A stretch of 10,948 bases of DNA from a virus (taxonomy: Duplodnaviria; Heunggongvirae; Uroviricota; Caudoviricetes). Below are positions 7,344 through 10,948 of this stretch, one piece after another. The stretch is from IMG/VR virus record IMGVR_UViG_3300039313_000009. One strand, written 5' to 3'. The notes beneath the pieces are model-generated. The model was not told where the DNA came from and made no database searches. It saw nothing but the letters and a program-made list of their open reading frames with translations. Numbering within the stretch: the stretch's first letter is position 1; the number at the start of each line of letters is the position of its first letter. The position numbers and the translations under genes were made by a program.

Positions 7344-7365
7344 AAATGCCCCCGCAGGGGCATTT
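7344..7365. other. Perfect 9-bp GC-rich hairpin in the yfdQ-like/yfdR-like intergenic spacer
   Basis: aaatgcccc-cgca-ggggcattt; no flanking U-run on either strand, so not a canonical intrinsic terminator. Confidence 0.4.
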
Positions 7366-7377
7366 GCAGTAATGAAA

Positions 7378-8202
7378 TCAGGCGGTGAAAGTCCCAATAA
7401 AGGTTTCTACTTTGCTGTCCTTGAATTTCTCAACAAGCAGATCACGAAATTCGTTAGCCATTTCTTCCTGCACGGCCTCCAGCTGAATAATGCGCAGAAC
7501 CAGTACAGGACGATCGCCAGTGATAATGCTGAGGCGTAATTTAAACGGACGTTCTTTCAGACCTTCAAACGGAACGCATTTAAATTCAAATGCCACTGGC
7601 ATAATGTCTTTGGTCTTCGCTTCGACAGACTCCATCAGGGAGCGTTTGCCGCTGAAGTCATTATCTTCAAAATCAGCGGTCTGGTTTGCTTCAATCGTGA
7701 TTTTACGGACAGCCGCAGCCGCTTTTGTTGCCTGAATAGCGTCACCATTAGCATCAAAGCCCACAAGGTAGTCGGCCCAGTCTTCAATCCATTCTGCCAG
7801 TGACTTCTGGGAATGACGCTCGCCATTAACAGACAACAGAGCAGAGAACGGTGCTGTCTTTTTCAGTTTGAGAGTGGAGGTGTTATCTGCGTGACCTGGT
7901 TCATCAATAGTACCCAGGTTAAGCACACTGACGGCACGCATATTATCGGCATCGATAAAGCAGCGGGTGCCTTCATCTGCAAGATCTTTAGAATAACGGG
8001 TAAAATCATCGATGCTGGCAGTGGAAAGTGCACCACGGAAACGGAAGCGATTTAAATTAAATTTTTCCAGATCATGAATGCGGAAATTCTCAGGCAATGC
8101 CACAGCATCGGCACCAATCTTACTGATAATTTCATTAACACCCTGAGCAGAAATAAGGGCATGGATTTGATTAATTGCGGTTGCGTCTAAGTTCTGAGAC
8201 AT
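7378..8202 (-). CDS. yfdQ: yfdQ-like lambdoid prophage protein (274 aa; DUF2303-type, family recalled from memory)
   Basis: 274-aa ORF with GAGGA Shine-Dalgarno 7 nt upstream of ATG 8202; position and size match yfdQ within the yfdP-Q-R-S module. Confidence 0.5.
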   Translation of the reverse strand: MSQNLDATAINQIHALISAQGVNEIISKIGADAVALPENFRIHDLEKFNLNRFRFRGALSTASIDDFTRYSKDLADEGTRCFIDADNMRAVSVLNLGTIDEPGHADNTSTLKLKKTAPFSALLSVNGERHSQKSLAEWIEDWADYLVGFDANGDAIQATKAAAAVRKITIEANQTADFEDNDFSGKRSLMESVEAKTKDIMPVAFEFKCVPFEGLKERPFKLRLSIITGDRPVLVLRIIQLEAVQEEMANEFRDLLVEKFKDSKVETFIGTFTA

Positions 8203-8267
8203 AATAAGTCCTCACTATATAAAGATATTCAGTGATGAGATAAATAATCAGTTTATTACGAACGATA

Positions 8268-8630
8268 TTAACGACCTGCTGCGCGGAGTTTTCCGTCAGG
8301 TTCACCGGCAAGAGTCAGTAATTGTCCCTGGTCTTCCTGCAGAATAGTCAGGCGACCACCGCGATTGACATACATCGGCGTTTCGGTGGTGTCTTCTTCG
8401 GAAATTTTCCCGCGGTTAGTTGGGCGAACATATGAGAGTTTGTGTTTGATTTTCACACGGTTCTCATCAAACGGTTCGATTTCCAGATTGAGTGAGACCT
8501 TCCCTTTGGTTTTCGTGTTCATCACACCGGAAGCGACCTCACTGAGAACTGCGCCGATTTTGGTTTCAAATACGCCGCCGTCCAGCTCCCCGATAAATGC
8601 CTGCACATCAGTACTGCGTTCGCTAGCCAT
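8268..8630 (-). CDS. yfdP: yfdP-like lambdoid prophage protein (120 aa); start reassigned to ATG 8630
   Basis: 120 aa from MASERSTDVQ. GAGGAG Shine-Dalgarno about 8 nt upstream of ATG 8630. The longer track ORF (to 8795) runs into the GC-rich block and is low-complexity. Confidence 0.5.
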   Translation of the reverse strand: MASERSTDVQAFIGELDGGVFETKIGAVLSEVASGVMNTKTKGKVSLNLEIEPFDENRVKIKHKLSYVRPTNRGKISEEDTTETPMYVNRGGRLTILQEDQGQLLTLAGEPDGKLRAAGR

Positions 8631-8650
8631 TTTGCTGCTCCTCATCATAT

Positions 8651-8900
8651 CGACCCTGCAAGGTCGGTTGGTTTCTCCACAAAACAGAGAAGAACACCTG
8701 CGGTGGCAGCCGCCCGGATGGATTGGGTTATGAGCCCGTCGTCCGGTGATGCTCTTCTCTGTTTTGCAAAAAAGGACGGTACCAGCCGGAAGCAAGGGTA
8801 CAAACTGGTACCGCCAGGACTACACACAGCATAAAGTTGTGGTGCCGGGTGCCTCCCGGTGCCTGGCGAAGGTTGCACACCAGGCGGGTGGGTATCCACA
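8651..8900. other. GC-rich, hairpin-dense non-coding block (candidate structured RNA, recombination site or gene remnant) in the divergent intergenic region
   Basis: 14-bp long-range inverted repeat caaaacagagaaga (8680..8693) / tcttctctgttttg (8754..8767) enclosing about 60 nt; hairpins cgacc..ggtcg (8651..8666), ccggg-tgcct-cccgg (8845..8859) and gcctgg-N13-ccaggc (8861..8885); GGTACC repeated at 8779 and 8807. Overlapping ORFs here are Pro/Gly/Arg-rich and look spurious. Confidence 0.35.
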
Positions 8901-9040
8901 GAAGGTCGACTGTCAGCCTCAACCTTAACCCGCGTGCGCTGAGCCGCATTCACCACAACGCTAAGGATTCTCTCTGGTTGAAAATACTTAGCTGTTATGT
9001 GCCTGCTTTTAGCCACATCAGGCGAGGTGGACCTGGTTAT

Positions 9041-9086
9041 TCCCCAACAACAAGGATTCGGTTAATCTGGATATCCCCAACAACAA
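9041..9086 (+). promoter_or_regulatory. Two perfect 13-bp direct repeats tccccaacaacaa upstream of the zinc-ribbon gene; candidate operator or iteron sites
   Basis: Copies at 9041..9053 and 9074..9086, ending 15 bp before the GTG at 9101. Confidence 0.4.
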
Positions 9087-9100
9087 TAAGAGTATTCAAT

Positions 9101-9616
9101 GTGATCGCTGAATTAACGGCAGCAATGACGGCTATTCGTGAAACAGCCCAGATTGCAAAACTAATGAACGAGGCAAAAACTCAAGCTGAAGTAAATGCGG
9201 CTATTGGTGAGCTGAACTCAAAGCTTGCGTCTATTCAGCGCGAATGCGTGTCTCTCGTTGAACTGGTGGGCTCTTATCAAGAAATAAATGCTTCTCTCAA
9301 AGCTAAAATTGCAGAATTCGAAAACTTTGAGGCTCAGACGGAAGGCTATATCCTTAACCAACTTGAGTCGGGTACTTTTGTATACTCGAAGGAGGTAATC
9401 GTGAACGGTGGCAGCATAACCATGCATCTTTGCCCAAAATGTTTTGGACAAAAGATAGTATCGATACTTCAACCATTCCCGGTTAGCGAAGATGAGCTTT
9501 TTCATAAAAGCAGGTGCCTCCACTGTGAAAATAAGTTTCTGATGAATAAAAATCCGGATTACGTATCGCCTCCATCCATTGAGGAGTTGTCCAGAAAACT
9601 TAACGGCAATCTGTAG
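9101..9616 (+). CDS. Hypothetical coiled-coil protein with a C-terminal CxxC..CxxC zinc-ribbon (about 164-171 aa); the start may instead be ATG 9125
   Basis: Open frame with GTG 9101 (AAGAG 8 nt upstream) and ATG 9125. N-terminal heptad-like, Ala/Glu/Lys-rich segment; C-terminal HLCPKCFGQ..SRCLHCENKF. Followed by a terminator. The 5' part of the track ORF (8837..9100) lies in the GC-rich block and is rejected. Confidence 0.45.
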   Translation: MIAELTAAMTAIRETAQIAKLMNEAKTQAEVNAAIGELNSKLASIQRECVSLVELVGSYQEINASLKAKIAEFENFEAQTEGYILNQLESGTFVYSKEVIVNGGSITMHLCPKCFGQKIVSILQPFPVSEDELFHKSRCLHCENKFLMNKNPDYVSPPSIEELSRKLNGNL

Positions 9617-9656
9617 ATTACTACTGTTGTGGATATCCAGATTGTTAAAGAGCTAA

Positions 9657-9678
9657 GCGTCCTGTAGGGCGCTTTTTT
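9657..9678 (+). terminator. Rho-independent terminator for the zinc-ribbon gene
   Basis: gcgtcc-tgta-gggcgc stem-loop (one G-U pair) followed by TTTTTT. Confidence 0.6.
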
Positions 9679-9763
9679 GTTGCTAACGAATCATCCGGTC
9701 ATTCATACGCCACCGGCGGCTACTTCGTGGGCGTCCTGCCTGTCCGTGATAGCTTACATTATG

Positions 9764-9815
9764 TTGCTACTTAAAGTAGCAAAAATCAACAACAAAAAGT
9801 AGATATTTGTTGTTG
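9764..9815. promoter_or_regulatory. Pair of palindromes in an AT-rich non-coding region; candidate protein-binding, centromere-like or origin-like sites
   Basis: 19-bp perfect palindrome ttgctactt-a-aagtagcaa (9764..9782) and caacaacaaa-N9-tttgttgttg (9787..9815); the CAACAACAA motif is shared with the repeats at 9041..9086. Confidence 0.35.
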
Positions 9816-9960
9816 TCTATGATTTTTCTATAATTAATTGAAAGTTAAATGTTTTTGCTGATTTACTATGCTGTAAACTGAAAATATCGCACGAAGTTGG
9901 AGTAGGTATTGAGCATAGTGAATTATGAGGAGGGAGTTTTTTATGAGATTAATCAGGGAG

Positions 9961-9993
9961 AAAGAAGAGTAAAGCCCGGTTATGCGGCCGGGC
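9961..9993 (-). terminator. Rho-independent terminator for the ParA-like gene
   Basis: gcccgg-N8-ccgggc hairpin (9974..9993) followed on the minus strand by a U-rich tract (complement of 9961..9973), 8 nt downstream of the stop at 10001..10003. Confidence 0.55.
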
Positions 9994-10000
9994 ACATGCA

Positions 10001-10846
10001 TTACTTTGTAAGTTCTAGAACTCGTTGAGCCAGCCCTTTAAATTGTTCGTTAAAGGCGTCTCTGCTTGATTTCATTGTATTTAAGGCATGCCCAAATTGC
10101 CCTGAATCGCGAATTTGCTGATCACTGATGGAGAAAACAGGTGTCGCTAGTTGTTGGCTTATTGCGATTAATGAGTTGAAATCGGAAATATGCGCAAGAT
10201 CATAGGCTGATAAATCTCCACTGACTGTTGTTTTGTTAATTGCATGTTGCACTTTATCTCGTGGAATTATGCAGGTAATTTTTTCTAGATTTGGCACTAA
10301 GATCGAATCAACAGCATCACGGATAGCTGCCATCCATTTTTCGAAAGATTTTACAGGTGCTCCTTTACGCGGCCTGTATCTCTGCTGAATCATACCTAGA
10401 AACTGCGGTGCATTTTTAATTGATTGTGAAGAGTTACCATCATTATTTTCTTTAAATAATGCTAATTCTTTGTGCCAGCGAGGTATATTTTTTGAGAGAG
10501 AGCGAATTGCTTGCCAGCAAAAAAAGTCTGGAGCTACAGGTACGATAAAATAGTCACTTGACATGAGAACTACTTCATTTAAACCTCCAACATTAGGGCT
10601 GAGATCATAAAGAATGTAATCAATATTATTCTTCATGGCGATTAGCTGTAATATTTTTGGCAGGTTCCCTGGTATATTTCTTGTAGCAGGAATACCAGCA
10701 GCAATTTTTAGAGAAACACTTATCTGTGAATCTAAGTCCGAAACATCTAAATGTCCGGGAAGAAGCAGAAGGTTTTCATGCAGTGTAGGGTGTAATTTTC
10801 CCGTTTCTTTTTCAAGGTATGCTTCAGGTTGTCCGCCATTAATCAA
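10001..10846 (-). CDS. ParA/MinD/Soj-superfamily ATPase, 5'-truncated fragment (IS5-disrupted; frame open to 10873; deviant Walker A missing)
   Basis: The segment DYILYDLSPNVGGLNEVVLMSSDYFIVPVAPDFF matches the ParA core (hydrophobic strand, Asp, then ...P...S/T...AL..AD..hhP). The track start is a TTG and the frame continues open into the IS5 junction; no KGGxGKT P-loop is present. Confidence 0.65.
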   Translation of the reverse strand: MINGGQPEAYLEKETGKLHPTLHENLLLLPGHLDVSDLDSQISVSLKIAAGIPATRNIPGNLPKILQLIAMKNNIDYILYDLSPNVGGLNEVVLMSSDYFIVPVAPDFFCWQAIRSLSKNIPRWHKELALFKENNDGNSSQSIKNAPQFLGMIQQRYRPRKGAPVKSFEKWMAAIRDAVDSILVPNLEKITCIIPRDKVQHAINKTTVSGDLSAYDLAHISDFNSLIAISQQLATPVFSISDQQIRDSGQFGHALNTMKSSRDAFNEQFKGLAQRVLELTK

Positions 10847-10873
10847 ATATTCTACAATAGGTCCAAGAGTTAA

Positions 10874-10948
10874 GGAAGGTGCGAATAAGCGGGGAAATTC
10901 TTCTCGGCTGACTCAGTCATTTCATTTCTTCATGTTTGAGCCGATTTT
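10874..10948 (-). mobile_element. IS5-type insertion sequence, terminal 75 bp of the transposase-distal end (terminal repeat at 10874..10889), inverted relative to the left copy; element body lies downstream of the window
   Basis: ggaaggtgcgaataagcgggg... at 10874 onward is the exact reverse complement of 20..94. The flanking tetranucleotide TTAA (10870..10873) fits the YTAR target preference. Confidence 0.8.

Noticed and set aside
7250-7363. N-terminal extensions of the yfdR-like (to 7363) and yfdP-like (8631..8795) genes as given by the ORF track
   Set aside because: Internal ATGs at 7249 and 8630 have canonical Shine-Dalgarno sequences and yield the expected family lengths (178 and 120 aa); the extensions lack ribosome-binding sites and run into intergenic sequence.
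8651-8900. Retron msr/msd or CRISPR interpretation of the GC-rich structured block
   Set aside because: No reverse transcriptase ORF anywhere in the window, the inverted repeat encloses only about 60 nt, and there are no regularly spaced direct repeats.
8645-9100. ORFs across the GC-rich block (8645..9016 minus, 8728..8949 minus, 8746..8928 plus) and the 5' extension of the zinc-ribbon ORF (8837..9100)
   Set aside because: Pro/Gly/Arg-rich low-complexity translations typical of random frames in GC-rich DNA; the zinc-ribbon gene has credible starts only at 9101 or 9125.

Overview
This window is a mosaic mobile-DNA region bracketed by two inverted copies of an IS5-type insertion sequence; only the terminal ~94 and ~75 bp of each copy fall inside it. 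Both copies abut inward-reading genes that lack their 5' ends: a STAND/AAA+-like NTPase on the left and a ParA/MinD-like ATPase on the right. Between them are two integrase-bearing elements that share a single 30-bp repeat identical to the 3' end of the tmRNA gene ssrA (only the repeat is present, not the gene). Element 1 is a P4-type integrase (1873..3060, minus) lying next to the ssrA repeat. Element 2 is a lambdoid early-left module on the minus strand (integrase, excisionase, small protein, then yfdS/R/Q/P-like genes). The most interesting cargo is an AT-rich two-gene operon (3403..4719, plus) wedged between the ssrA repeat and the 3' end of the lambdoid integrase: a DarT-like DNA ADP-ribosyltransferase followed by a partner with a NADAR-like (YbiA-type) signature rather than a DarG macrodomain. 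Also present are a GC-rich hairpin-dense block, a coiled-coil/zinc-ribbon gene with repeat-bearing flanks, several terminators and candidate operator palindromes. All family assignments come from reading the translations by eye and from recalled reference sequences; no searches were run.
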